DNA of 64,000 bases from an uncultured Acidobacteriota bacterium (GCA_963805975.1 CAWDVR010000001.1:1152001-1216000); one strand, 5' to 3'. Positions 40,993 to 54,604 are shown, counted from the first letter of the stretch. Program-made: numbers and translations. The notes: generated by a model from the sequence alone, not told the origin.

Positions 40993-41874
40993 GTGGCTTT
41001 CAGGCGGTTGTTCGGCGACTCCGGCCAGCAGGGGACCTCGACCCAGACCACGGTCGAGGATCTGATCGTCCTCGAGCGCTACGAAGAGGCGGCGGAGCGG
41101 CTCAAGGCCCGCCTCAAGGGCAACATGGGCGACCTCCATGCCCGCTTGAAGCTGGCAGAGGTCTACACCGCCTCGAAGCAGCACGACAAGGCGGTCGACG
41201 AGTACACCTTCGTGGCCGGCGAGTACGCCGCCGACGGCTTCTTCGACAAGGCCCTGGCGCTCCTCGCCCGGGCCAGCAGGCTCCGCCCGTTGGACGACAC
41301 GCTGCGCCGCAAGAGCGAGCTGTACGAACGCAACAAGCGCCTGGAGCACAGCCGGGTGGCGGCCCTGGAAGGCCTGCGCGGCAGCAACCAGAGCGACGGC
41401 CAGCGCCAGCGCGCGGCGCTCGAGCTGCAGCAGATCTGGCAGAATCTGGCCGGCAGCTCGCTGGTCTCCCGGCTGCCGGCCGACCAGGTGAAGCGGCTGT
41501 TCTCGGTGATGGAGCTGGTGCGGGTCGAGCGCGGAGCGGTGCTCGCCGAACGCGACAGCGGCCTGGCGCAGATGGCGCTCATCGGCCGCGGCACGGTCGA
41601 GGCCGTGGTGTCCAGACGGGGAGGCGGAGAGACGGTGGTGCGCACCTTCACGCACGGCGATCTGATCGGCGAAGGCGCTCTGCTCGAGCACCGGCCGTGG
41701 CCGGCCACCTACCGCGCGACCGAGGCCTCGATGCTCCTCACCCTGACCCGCGACAGCCTGGAGCAGGCCCTGGTCGGCAACCCGGACCCGCGCGGCTTCC
41801 TCGACGTGCTGCGCGAGCAGCACAACGACCGCTCGGTTGCGTCCGCCGTGCACCAGCTTGGTATCGTGGAGTGA
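40993..41874 (+). CDS. TPR + cyclic-nucleotide-binding domain protein
   Basis: RLKLAEVY...AVDEY...GFFDKALAL TPR helices; GDLIGEGALLEHRPWPATYRA cNMP-like motif. Confidence 0.75.
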   Translation: MAFRRLFGDSGQQGTSTQTTVEDLIVLERYEEAAERLKARLKGNMGDLHARLKLAEVYTASKQHDKAVDEYTFVAGEYAADGFFDKALALLARASRLRPLDDTLRRKSELYERNKRLEHSRVAALEGLRGSNQSDGQRQRAALELQQIWQNLAGSSLVSRLPADQVKRLFSVMELVRVERGAVLAERDSGLAQMALIGRGTVEAVVSRRGGGETVVRTFTHGDLIGEGALLEHRPWPATYRATEASMLLTLTRDSLEQALVGNPDPRGFLDVLREQHNDRSVASAVHQLGIVE

Positions 41875-42395
41875 TGGCCGTGCTGCCGATCCGGATCTAC
41901 CCGGACCCCATTCTGCGCATTCGCTGCCGAGAGGTCGAGGCCTTCGACGCCGACCTCAAGCGTCTCGCCGAGGACATGGTGGAGACCATGCACGCGGCGC
42001 CGGGCATCGGCCTCGCGGCACCGCAGGTGGGAAGCGACCGCCGCCTGGCCGTGGTCGATCTCTCGGTGGGCAAGGAGCCGGACCAGGTGATCGTGCTGGT
42101 CAACCCGCAGATCGCCGGCCGCGAGGGCTCGTGGGTGGAGGAGGAGGGCTGCCTCTCGATCCCGGAGCTCACCGACAAGGTCGAACGCCCCGAGCGCGTC
42201 GAAGTGCGAGCCCGCGACCTTGGCGGCCAGCCGTTCGAGGTCGCCGCCGAAGGCTGGCTGGCGCGAGCCATCTGCCACGAGCTGGACCACCTCGACGGCG
42301 TGCTTTTCGTCGATCACCTGAGCGGATTGCGGCGCGAGCGGGCTCGCCGCGCTTTGAGACGCCTGAGCCGTGCCGCCGAGGACAACCATCCATGA
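41874..42395 (+). CDS. def: Peptide deformylase
   Basis: GIGLAAPQ, EGCLS and HELDHLDG. Confidence 0.97.
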   Translation: MAVLPIRIYPDPILRIRCREVEAFDADLKRLAEDMVETMHAAPGIGLAAPQVGSDRRLAVVDLSVGKEPDQVIVLVNPQIAGREGSWVEEEGCLSIPELTDKVERPERVEVRARDLGGQPFEVAAEGWLARAICHELDHLDGVLFVDHLSGLRRERARRALRRLSRAAEDNHP

Positions 42396-42955
42396 GCTAC
42401 CCGCGACTTGCCCTAGCCGTTCTCTCGAGCGCCCTGGTCCTGACTTTCGTCGCCGCCTGTGGCGGCGGAGGAGGCGGGGGCGGGGGTCCCACCGCCCCCC
42501 CCCCGCCACAGACCGGCATCACCTTCACGGCCAACGGGTCCACCGGGGCCAATACCGTGACCCTCGCGCAAGGAGGGGGCACCACCGGCACCACCTTGGT
42601 GCTCGAGGTGCGCGCCAACCAGGTCGCCGGCCTCTTCGGACTGGCTTTCGAGCTCACCTATCCCTCGTCGGTGCTCGCCTTCACCACCGCCACCGAGGGC
42701 ACGGTACTGTCGAACGGCGCCCCGACCTCTTTCCAGGCCCTCGAGTCCTCGCCCGGCAACCTGGTGGTGGGGCTGACCCGCCTGGGGACCGGCGCCGGCC
42801 TCGACGCCAACGGGGTGCTCCTCACCCTGACTTTCAGCGCCCCCGGCGCGGGCAACGGACCCTTCACCTTCCGCCGCAACCAGGGCGTCGGCACCGATGG
42901 CCTGGGCCTGATCGCGCTCGCCTGGGGCGGCGGCTCGGTGCAGGTGACTCGCTAG
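42392..42955 (+). CDS. Lipoprotein with cohesin-like domain
   Basis: VAAC lipobox, Gly9-Pro linker, then FELTYPSSVL..EG..GVLLTLTF cohesin-like strand pattern. Confidence 0.7.
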   Translation: MSYPRLALAVLSSALVLTFVAACGGGGGGGGGPTAPPPPQTGITFTANGSTGANTVTLAQGGGTTGTTLVLEVRANQVAGLFGLAFELTYPSSVLAFTTATEGTVLSNGAPTSFQALESSPGNLVVGLTRLGTGAGLDANGVLLTLTFSAPGAGNGPFTFRRNQGVGTDGLGLIALAWGGGSVQVTR

Positions 42956-42983
42956 GGCAGTGCGCGAGCACCCTGGTCAAGAG

Positions 42984-44405
42984 ATGGCAGAGCTGCGGTT
43001 CTTCAACACCCTGGGCCGGCGTCTCGAGCCCTTCCGGCCGCTCGACCCGGGCCGGGTCCGGATGTACACCTGCGGGCCGACGGTCTACAACGATCCCCAC
43101 ATCGGCAACCTCCGCACTTTCCTGTTCGAGGACGTGCTGCGCCGCAGCCTCTCCTACCTCGGCTTCGAGGTGGTGCAAGTGATGAACCTGACCGACGTCG
43201 ACGACAAGACGATCCGCGACGCGGCCAAGGCCGGACTGGCGCTGGACGACTACACGGCACCCTTCATCGAGGGTTTCTTCCGCGATCTCGAGCGGCTGCA
43301 CGTCGAGCCCGCGGACCACTACCCACGGGCCACGCACTACATCCCGGAGATGATCGCCATCATCGAGCGGCTGCTCGAGCGCGGCCATGCCTACCAGGCC
43401 GAGGACGGCTCGGTCTTCTTTCGCATCGCGACCGACGAGGACTACGGCCGACTGTCCGGCTTCGACCTCGCCGAGGTGAAGCGCGGCGAGCGGGTGGCGG
43501 CCGACGAGTACGACAAGGAAGACGTGCGCGACTTCGTGCTGTGGAAGGCGGTGAAGCCCGGGGAGCCGAGCTGGGAGTCGCCGTGGGGGCCCGGCCGGCC
43601 GGGCTGGCACATCGAGTGCTCGGCGATGAGCATGAAGCTCCTGGGGGAGAGCTTCGACATCCACTGCGGCGCGGTCGACAACATCTTTCCGCACCACGAG
43701 AACGAGATCGCGCAGAGCGAGTCGGCGACGGGCGTTCCGTTCTGCCATACCTGGCTGCACAGCGAGCACCTGGTCGTCGACGGCGAGAAGATGTCGAAGT
43801 CGCAGGGCAACTTCTTCATGCTCCACGATCTCGTCGCCCGCGGCGCAGCACCGCGGGCGATCCGCTACCTCTTCCTCTCGGTGCACTACCGGCAGAAGCT
43901 CAATTTCACGTTCCAGGCCCTCGAAGCCACGGCCGGGGCACTGCGCCGCATCGACGAGATGCGCTTCCGCGTCGGCCACGCCACCGAGAACGGGCCCCCG
44001 AGCGCCGAGCTGGCCGCTGCCACCACGGCTCTTGCGGAGGGCTTTGCCGCCGCCCTGGCCGACGACCTCAACCTCTCGCAGGGGCTGGGCGCCGTCTTTG
44101 CGCTGGTCAAGGAAGTGAACGTCCTGGTCGAGGCCGGCCGGCTGGGGGTGGGCGACCGCGAGCGGGTGGAGGCCGCGCTCGCCGCCGTCGACCGGGTTCT
44201 CGGCGTGCTCGATGCCGCGGCCTGGAACGCGGAGGCGGCCCAGCAGGGACCGGGCGACGACGAGGTGGAGCGCCGGATCGCCGAGCGGCAGGCGGCGCGC
44301 GCCGGGCGCGATTTCGCTGCCGCCGATCGCGTCCGCGACGAGCTCGCGGCCCAGGGCATCGTCCTCGAGGACACTCCCCAGGGCACCCGCTGGAAGCGCT
44401 CGTGA
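42984..44405 (+). CDS. cysS: Cysteine--tRNA ligase
   Basis: CGPTVY..HIGN, GRPGWHIECS, FPHHENE and KMSKS. Confidence 0.98.
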   Translation: MAELRFFNTLGRRLEPFRPLDPGRVRMYTCGPTVYNDPHIGNLRTFLFEDVLRRSLSYLGFEVVQVMNLTDVDDKTIRDAAKAGLALDDYTAPFIEGFFRDLERLHVEPADHYPRATHYIPEMIAIIERLLERGHAYQAEDGSVFFRIATDEDYGRLSGFDLAEVKRGERVAADEYDKEDVRDFVLWKAVKPGEPSWESPWGPGRPGWHIECSAMSMKLLGESFDIHCGAVDNIFPHHENEIAQSESATGVPFCHTWLHSEHLVVDGEKMSKSQGNFFMLHDLVARGAAPRAIRYLFLSVHYRQKLNFTFQALEATAGALRRIDEMRFRVGHATENGPPSAELAAATTALAEGFAAALADDLNLSQGLGAVFALVKEVNVLVEAGRLGVGDRERVEAALAAVDRVLGVLDAAAWNAEAAQQGPGDDEVERRIAERQAARAGRDFAAADRVRDELAAQGIVLEDTPQGTRWKRS

Positions 44406-44800
44406 GGAGCCCACCGCCATCCGGCGGTGCCCTCTTCGAGGAGCAGCTCCACAACCGAGGCCGGGGCCGTGCCGCCGAGGAGGAGGCAGCCGCCTGGCTC
44501 GAGAGCCAGGGCTACCGCATCGAGGCTCGGAACGTGGTCAACGCCGGGGGCGAGATCGACGTCGTGGCTCGGGACGGAGAGACGCTCTGCTTCATCGAGG
44601 TCAAGGCCCGGACCTCGACTACCTATGGTGACGCCATCGCCGCCGTCGACAGCCGAAAGCAACGACGCCTAGCCCGTGCCGCCGCCCTCCATCTCGCCCT
44701 CCACGGGCTGGCGAGCCCTTGCCGTTTCGACGTCCTGGGCATGGATCGACGAGATGGCACCTGGTTATTTACGCTAGTTCGCAACGCTTTTGATATCTAG
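44402..44800 (+). CDS. yraN: YraN/UPF0102 family putative endonuclease
   Basis: GRAAEEEA, GEIDVVA, FIEVKAR and CRFDV. Confidence 0.9.
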   Translation: MRSPPPSGGALFEEQLHNRGRGRAAEEEAAAWLESQGYRIEARNVVNAGGEIDVVARDGETLCFIEVKARTSTTYGDAIAAVDSRKQRRLARAAALHLALHGLASPCRFDVLGMDRRDGTWLFTLVRNAFDI

Positions 44801-44887
44801 CTGGCATCGGCACCTCAGAGCACTCAACCGGAGTAGAATCGGGAACGTATTGGAAGTAAGCCGGAACGACAAAGACCGGAGGCACCT

Positions 44888-45742
44888 ATGGTCCGGCGTA
44901 CCCTGGCTCCCTGTCTCGCAGTGATGGGCCTCCTACTGCTTGCGCCGGCCACGCCTGCTGTCGCTGCGCCCGGCATTCTCGATGCCACCGTCAACGGTCC
45001 CGTCTTCTCGGCGCGTGTCAGTCTTCTGGGTCTCATCGAGGCGGAGCTCACCATCGCTTTCGAGCAGGTCCAGAATCTCTCGGTTCCCTCACTCGGCGTT
45101 TCCGCCCAGCTCATCAATCCGCTCGATCCCTTCTTCCTCGCCCGCCTCCCGGCGGGTGGCCTGGTGGGGATCCCGCTGGCCTTGCCGGTGCTGATCAAGG
45201 TCATGCCTCCGGCGGGTGGCGGCCTCGAGTTCACCGGTGTCGCCACGCTGTCGCTCCACACCCACATCCTGAACTTCTCACCGACCTTGCCGCTACGCAT
45301 CTTCTCCGCGCCACCCGGAGGCCACTTCACCGAGGTCACGGACAGCGCCGGACCCGGTAGCCTCCGGCTCGGCAACCGGGACCCGGAATACGGCCGTGAG
45401 TACGCGGTGCTGGTGGACAACCGGCCCCAGCAGTCTGTGGCCGCGAGCAAGCTGGTCTCGCTCGAGACGACGTTCGCCCAGGCTGCGAGCGCGATCCCCG
45501 GTCCCATCGAGGCCGACCTCGCCAGCCGACTGGCCGCCATCCGCACCGCCTACGTGGACGGGGACATCGCCCAGGCAATCGAGGAGACCGAGTCCTTCAG
45601 CGCCGCCGTGGTAGAGGCGAGCGGCACCGCGATCCCCAACCGCTGGCGGGCGTCGGGGGACCTCACCAACCATGCCGGCAGGCTCCGTGCCGGCGCCGCT
45701 ACGCTCCGCTTCAGCCTCCTCGGTCTTCCCGGCGCTCCCTGA
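44888..45742 (+). CDS. Secreted DUF6689-like protein
   Basis: Signal peptide ending AVA; LLGL.AELTIAFEQV, PPAGGGLEF, LHTH, APPGG.F.EVT and IPNRWRASGDLTNHAGRLRAGAATLRFSL; family name recalled, not searched. Confidence 0.7.
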   Translation: MVRRTLAPCLAVMGLLLLAPATPAVAAPGILDATVNGPVFSARVSLLGLIEAELTIAFEQVQNLSVPSLGVSAQLINPLDPFFLARLPAGGLVGIPLALPVLIKVMPPAGGGLEFTGVATLSLHTHILNFSPTLPLRIFSAPPGGHFTEVTDSAGPGSLRLGNRDPEYGREYAVLVDNRPQQSVAASKLVSLETTFAQAASAIPGPIEADLASRLAAIRTAYVDGDIAQAIEETESFSAAVVEASGTAIPNRWRASGDLTNHAGRLRAGAATLRFSLLGLPGAP

Positions 45743-45758
45743 ACGGAGCTGGAGCCAC

Positions 45759-46810
45759 GTGCCGGCACGACTCGACGTCTACTTCTCCGACCTGCCGATC
45801 CGCAGATTCGGCCTCGAGGAAGGGCGCGAATACCTGCTCGGCCGCGATGCCGGCTGCGACCTGACGGTCAACGATCCGCGGATCTCCCGCCGCCATGCCC
45901 GCCTGGTGCCGGCCGGCAGTAGCTGGCGGCTGGTCGACCTGGGGAGCAAGAACGGCACCTGGATCGATGGCCAGCCCGCAGCCGAGACCGGTGACCTGCC
46001 GGCCGCCGCCTGGTTGAGCCTCGGCGGCATGCCGGCCCGGTTCGAGAGCGTGAGCGAAGACCTGCGCCGCGCCGATGCTCTCCGCGACCGGCAGCGCTGG
46101 CAGACCTCGCTCGAGATCGCGCGGCGCATCGATCCCAGGACCGGGCTCGACAGCCTGCTCGGCGAGATCCTCGGCTCGGTGCGAGAGGTCTCGGGGTGCG
46201 AGCGGAGCTTCGTGATGCTCAGCCGTACGGACGGCGACCTGGAGGTCGCGGCCAGCGCCGGGCTGCCGGACGGCGAGCTCTCCTCGCCGGGGTTCGCCGG
46301 CAGCCTGTCGGCGCTCGAGCGCACGCTCGCCACGGGACGGCCGGTGACCGTGGTCGACGCCCGCGTGGACGCCCTCCTCGCCAGCCGCCCGAGCATCGTC
46401 CAGGGCGGCATCGCCGGCCTGGTCTGCCTGCCGCTGCAGGTGCTCGACCGGTTGATCGGTGTCATCTACGCCGACAGCCGGCGGCCGGGCAGCGGCTTCA
46501 CCGAGCTCGACGTGGAGATTCTCTCCGCGCTCGCCTCCCATGCGGCGCTCGCCATCGCCGTGGTGCGGCTGGCCCGCGAGGTGGACGCGGTGCGGGCCGC
46601 CTTGCCGTTCTCCCCTGCGGGCCCGGCCTCGGGTGGAGAGGCCCTGTCCGCGGCCTGGGATCGCTCCCTGCCGGCGTACAGGCCACCGGTCAGCGCCTCT
46701 CCCCGGGCCGGCTCGCAAGCCGGCTCCCTGACGAGTGCCCACGGCGCCTCCACACGCCAGACCTGGACCGGCATCCGAGCCGCGGCCGCGAGCCGCCTCG
46801 AGGTGGGGCC

Positions 46811-46814
<4 letters not shown>
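45759..46814 (+). CDS. FHA + GAF domain protein
   Basis: LLGRD..ISRRHA..DLGSKNGT (FHA pThr-binding residues); LVCLPL..RLIGVIYADS..FTELDVEIL (GAF). Confidence 0.9.
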
Positions 46815-50201
<3,387 letters not shown>

Positions 50202-50212
<11 letters not shown>

Positions 50213-51008
50213 GCCGGGCACAGCTTCCCTGGAAGCTCCCCAGGGCACCGATCTCCTCGAGCGGCTGGCCGTCCTGCGCCGCGAGCACGAGCAGCTCTTC
50301 GCCCAGCTCACGGCCAGCGAGCGCCGCTTCCGCGGTCTGGCCAAGGCGGTGTGGAAGGTGCAGGAGGAAGAGCGCCGGCGGCTCGCCCGCGAGCTGCACG
50401 ACGATCTCGGACAGACGCTCACCGCACTCAAGATCCATCTCGACCTGCTGCACGGCCGGGTGCAGCTCGAATCCTCCTCGGCCGGTCCCTCGGCCGGAGG
50501 CGCGGGGCTCGCCGGCGGTCTGGGCGACGCCATCGCTCTCGCCGCCGATGCCCTGGACACCACGCGCCGCCTCTCGCACCTGCTGCGGCCCCGGGTGCTC
50601 GACGACCTCGGCCTGGCCGCGGCCCTCGAATGGCTCTCGCGGAGCCTGGGCGAGTGGACCGGCTTCACCGTCGAGCTCGTGCACTCCGGTCTCACGCCCC
50701 GGCTGGCGGCCGACCTCGAGACGCTCGCCTATCGCATCGTGCAAGAGGGCCTGAACAACGCCCTCAAGCACTCGGGCGCCGCCGGGGCCCGCGTCTCGGC
50801 GGCAGCGAGCGACGGGCGGCTGCGGCTGTCGGTCCGCGACGAGGGCCGCGGGTTCGACCTCGCGGCGGAGTCGTCCCACGCCGGTATCGGGTTGGCCAGC
50901 CTGCGCGAGCGGGCGGCCCTCTTCCACGGCCATCTGCGCGTCGTCTCGGCACCCGGCGCCGGCGTGACCCTCGAGGCCGAGATCCCCCTCTCGGCCGGAG
51001 ACGCCTGA
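50202..51008 (+). CDS. Soluble HisKA_3 (NarX-type) histidine kinase without sensor domain
   Basis: QEEERRRLARELHDDLGQ, QEGLNNALKH, DEGRGF and GIGL; no TM helix. Confidence 0.92.
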
Positions 51009-51652
51009 TGGCCCCGATCCGGGTACTGGTGGCCGACGACCACCGGATCGTGCGCGAGGGCCTGGTCAGCGTGCTCACGGCGAGCGGCGAATGCGAGGTC
51101 GTGGCCCAGGCGGCGGACGGCATCGAGGCCGTGGAGCTCACCTTCGCCACCTGTCCGCAGGTGGCCGTGCTCGACCTGTCGATGCCACGCCTCGGTGGCC
51201 TGGAGGCGGCGCGGCGCATCCACGCCGAGCTCCCTCTGACCCGCATCCTGGTGCTGACCGTGCACGGCGAGGAGGAGTACGTGGTGCCGGTGGTGCAGGC
51301 CGGCGCCTCCGGCTACCTGGTCAAGGACGCGGCGGCCACCGAGCTGCTGGCGGCGGTGCGGGCGCTGGCCGCCGGCCGCGGCTACTTCGGGCCGCAGGCG
51401 GCGAGCGCTCTCGCCGAGCACTCGCGCCACCCGGAGCGCACGACGGGCGACCCCTACCTGTCGCTCACCCCGCGCGAGCGCGAGGTTTTCCACTTGGTGG
51501 CCGAGGGCCGTACCACCAAGGAGATCGCCAAGGCCTTGAGCACCAGCGTCAAGACCGCCGAGAACCATCGCACCCGGCTGATGGAGAAGCTGGGCGTGCA
51601 CAACGCGGCCGAGCTGGTGCGCTACGCCGCCCGCAAAGGACTCCTCGGCTGA
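51008..51652 (+). CDS. NarL/FixJ-family response regulator (REC + LuxR HTH)
   Basis: VADDH, LDLSMP, GYLVK and LTPREREV..KTAENHR. Confidence 0.95.
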   Translation: MAPIRVLVADDHRIVREGLVSVLTASGECEVVAQAADGIEAVELTFATCPQVAVLDLSMPRLGGLEAARRIHAELPLTRILVLTVHGEEEYVVPVVQAGASGYLVKDAAATELLAAVRALAAGRGYFGPQAASALAEHSRHPERTTGDPYLSLTPREREVFHLVAEGRTTKEIAKALSTSVKTAENHRTRLMEKLGVHNAAELVRYAARKGLLG

Positions 51653-51720
51653 GGAGAGTCCCCCGGCGGCCCTGAGGTCTTTCCCGGATCGATCTCCTCC
51701 GCTCTCCAGCCTAAGCTCGC

Positions 51721-51841
51721 CGGCAGCCGACTCAAGCTACTCGAGCGATACCTGCTGCGGCGCATCAACGGCGCTAAGGCGGCTGGGGTTGGGAAGTCCG
51801 CCGTTTCACTACCCGCGGGTGGCGAACCCGCGGGCCTTTTT
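51721..51841 (+). ncRNA. Candidate structured small RNA or orphan leader
   Basis: TAAGCT -10 at 51712; stems CGGCAG/CTGCTG and GGCGG/CCGCC; ends in a terminator; no ATG-started ORF. Confidence 0.35.
51812..51841 (+). terminator. Rho-independent terminator
   Basis: CCCGCGGGT-GGCGA-ACCCGCGGG-CC-TTTTT. Confidence 0.8.
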
Positions 51842-51899
51842 CCTCTCGAGAGCCGGAGTTTTCCCTCCCCACAGGCCACGCGGAGCGAGGCCTTTCGGC

Positions 51900-51928
51900 T
51901 TGACAGCTCTGGGGCGCCTGACTATCCT
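51900..51928 (+). promoter_or_regulatory. Sigma70 promoter of the tRNA cluster
   Basis: TTGACA-17nt-TATCCT followed by a GC-rich discriminator. Confidence 0.85.
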
Positions 51929-51965
51929 TACGCCTCTCCTGCGCGCCCGTCGCCCAGGGGTCCAA

Positions 51966-52040
<75 letters not shown>

Positions 52041-52119
52041 AAGTCAACTCCATCCGCCCCTCGTGACCGTCCTTCCGGCCGGATCGCGAGGGGCTTTGTG
52101 TTAGCATTTCGCGCGTCTC

Positions 52120-52194
52120 GGCGACGTGGCCAAGTGGTAAGGCAAGGGTCTGCAAAACCCTCATTCGGCGGTTCGAATCCGCCCGTCGCCTCCA
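52120..52194 (+). tRNA. tRNA-Cys(GCA)
   Basis: GGCGACG acceptor, CTGCAAA loop, GTTCGAATC, CCA. Confidence 0.97.
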
Positions 52195-52264
52195 ACTTTC
52201 TTCCTATCTCCAACGTTCACTGCGCTGCGGCTCCGCGCCGCCCAAGCGCTAGAATTGCCGCCTG

Positions 52265-52349
52265 GCCGGAGTGGCGGAACGGTAGACGCAGGGGACTTAA
52301 AATCCCCCGCCCTCGAGGCGTGCGGGTTCGAGTCCCGCCTCCGGTACCA
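52265..52349 (+). tRNA. tRNA-Leu(TAA)
   Basis: GCCGGAG acceptor, CTTAAAA loop, long variable arm, GTTCGAGTC, CCA. Confidence 0.97.
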
Positions 52350-52409
52350 GCGACGCTTGCCGTCCCCTCTCGGGTGGATGACAATGCAGCTCTTTGCTTC
52401 GTGGTCGCG

Positions 52410-53774
52410 ATGATGCTCGACACCCTTCCTCAACCCAAGAGCCTGCCGCACAGCGAAGAGTCCGAGCGCGCGGTGCTCGCCGGCGTGCTGCTCGATCCCC
52501 GCCTCCTGCCGACGATCTCCGGCCGTCTGTTGCCGGGAGACTTCTACTTCGAGAAGCACCAGCTCCTCTACCAGGCGATGCTCGACCTGCAGGAGGACCG
52601 CACCGCCATCGACCTGCGTACTCTCCAGGCGCTGCTCGAGCAGCGGGGCATCCTGGCCGCGGTGGGCGGTGTCGCCTACGTGGCCGGTCTCGACGTCGAC
52701 CTGCCGGACCTGGGACGCATCGACGCCTACGCCGAGATCGTCAAGGAGCGCTCGGTCCGCCGGCGGCTGATCCAGGCCTCGGGCGAGATCATCCGCGACT
52801 GCCTGGACGGCGGGCTCGAGGCCCAGGCCGCTCTCGGCCGCGCCGAGCAGGCCATCCTCGGGCTGGGCGAGGAGGCGATCCAGCGTGGCTTCGCCGCCTT
52901 CTCCGGCATCGTCGATGAGATCCTGGAGCACCTCGAGGAGAACCCGGGCACGGGCATCCTCGGCGTGCCGAGCGGCTTCATCGACTTCGACCGCATGACC
53001 CACGGCCTGAACAAGGGCAACCTGATCATCATCGCCGGCCGGCCCGGCATGGGGAAGACCAGCTTCGCGCTGAACATCGCCCAGCACGTGGCGATCCAGA
53101 AGCAGCGGCCGGTGGGCATCTTCTCGCTGGAGATGAGCCGCCAGGAGCTGGCGCTGCGCATCCTGTGCTCGGAGTCGGACGTGGCCTTCAGCCGCCTGCG
53201 CGCCGGCAACCTTCCGGGCTCGCTGTGGAGCCAGGTGATGAAGAAGGCGCACTCGATCGCCCACGCGCCGCTCCACATCGACGACTCGCCCTCGCCGACG
53301 CTGCTCGAGATCGGCTCGCGGGCCCGCCGTCTCAAGGCCGAGCACGGCCTCGACCTGGTCGTGGTGGACTACCTGCAGCTCATGCAGGCCGGGGGCCGAT
53401 ACGAGAACCGCAACCTCGAGGTGTCGGCGATCAGCCGCGGCCTCAAGCAGCTCGCCAAGGAGCTCGACCTGCCGGTGATCGCCCTTTCCCAGCTCTCCCG
53501 CCAGCCGGAGCGGCGGGGCAGCGACCACCGCCCGCAGCTCGCCGACCTGCGCGAGAGCGGCTCGATCGAGCAGGACGCCGACCTGGTGGCCTTCATCTAC
53601 CGCGACGAGGTCTACAACCGCGACGACCCGGAGAACCAGGGCCTGGCCGAGCTGATCATCGCCAAGCACCGGAACGGCGAGATCGGCACGGTGGACCTAG
53701 TCTTCCTGGGGCAGACCACCAGCTTCAAGAACCGCGAGCGCCACGGCGGCCCGCCCGCCGGAACGCCGTTCTAG
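52410..53774 (+). CDS. dnaB: Replicative DNA helicase
   Basis: PHSEESERAVL, GRPGMGKT, VDYLQL, SQLSR and LRESGSIEQDAD; no intein. Confidence 0.97.
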   Translation: MMLDTLPQPKSLPHSEESERAVLAGVLLDPRLLPTISGRLLPGDFYFEKHQLLYQAMLDLQEDRTAIDLRTLQALLEQRGILAAVGGVAYVAGLDVDLPDLGRIDAYAEIVKERSVRRRLIQASGEIIRDCLDGGLEAQAALGRAEQAILGLGEEAIQRGFAAFSGIVDEILEHLEENPGTGILGVPSGFIDFDRMTHGLNKGNLIIIAGRPGMGKTSFALNIAQHVAIQKQRPVGIFSLEMSRQELALRILCSESDVAFSRLRAGNLPGSLWSQVMKKAHSIAHAPLHIDDSPSPTLLEIGSRARRLKAEHGLDLVVVDYLQLMQAGGRYENRNLEVSAISRGLKQLAKELDLPVIALSQLSRQPERRGSDHRPQLADLRESGSIEQDADLVAFIYRDEVYNRDDPENQGLAELIIAKHRNGEIGTVDLVFLGQTTSFKNRERHGGPPAGTPF

Positions 53775-53801
53775 CGACCGGCGTTCTAAGATCCCCGCCC
53801 G

Positions 53802-54599
53802 ATGGCGAACCGGCTCGCAACCGCGACCCCAGCGCAAGTCCCGGCCACCGGCCTCCCGTTGGTGGCGTCCTTCTTCGCGGAGATGGGGCGGTTCTTCACC
53901 CTGCTCTGGCGCGTCCTCGCCTGGACGCCGCGCCGGCCGTGGGACGTGCGGGAGCTGCTGAAGCAGATCGTCAAGGTGGGCATCCAGTCGCTGCCGGTGC
54001 TGCTCCTCACCTCGACCTTCACCGGCATGGTGATGTCGCTCCAGATCTTCAACGTCCTGGAGCGCTTCGGGGCCGAGGCGTACGTGGGCTCGATCGTCGG
54101 CCTGGCGATGGTGCGCGAGCTCTCCTGCGTGCTGGGTGGCCTGATCGTCGCCGGCCGCTGCGGCTCGGCGATGGCCGCCGAGCTCGGCACCATGCGGGTC
54201 ACCGAACAGATCGACGCGCTGGAGGTGATGGCGACCGACCCCGTGCACTACCTGATGGTGCCGCGGGTGTGGGCCACGGTCATCACGCTGCCGATGCTGA
54301 TCCTGCTGGGCGACCTGGTGGGCATCTGGGGCGGCTATCTGATCTCGGTGGTGCTGATGGGCGCCAACCCGGTGAGCTACATCGAGAACACCTTCCGCTA
54401 CATGGATCTGAACGACCTCTTCTCGGGCCTCATCAAGGCCGCGGTGTTCGGACTGCTGATCGCGGTCATCGGCTGCCAGAAGGGCTTTTTCACCTCCGGC
54501 GGGGCGGAGGGCGTGGGGCGCGCCACCACCGCCGCCGTGGTCCTCGCCTCGATGGCCATCCTGATCTCGGACTTCTTCCTCACCAAGCTGTTGTTCTAG
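53802..54599 (+). CDS. mlaE: MlaE-family ABC permease
   Basis: AELGTMRVTEQIDALEVM and GGAEGVGRATT. Confidence 0.95.
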   Translation: MANRLATATPAQVPATGLPLVASFFAEMGRFFTLLWRVLAWTPRRPWDVRELLKQIVKVGIQSLPVLLLTSTFTGMVMSLQIFNVLERFGAEAYVGSIVGLAMVRELSCVLGGLIVAGRCGSAMAAELGTMRVTEQIDALEVMATDPVHYLMVPRVWATVITLPMLILLGDLVGIWGGYLISVVLMGANPVSYIENTFRYMDLNDLFSGLIKAAVFGLLIAVIGCQKGFFTSGGAEGVGRATTAAVVLASMAILISDFFLTKLLF

Positions 54600-54604
54600 C
54601 CGCC

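Noticed and set aside
42460-42510. G/C homopolymer runs as a phase-variation tract
   Set aside because: They encode the Gly/Pro linker of an in-frame lipoprotein; no evidence of slippage
51690-51841. 6S RNA or known riboswitch
   Set aside because: I could not build a 6S-like long rod with a central bubble or match riboswitch consensus by eye; kept only as an unclassified sRNA candidate
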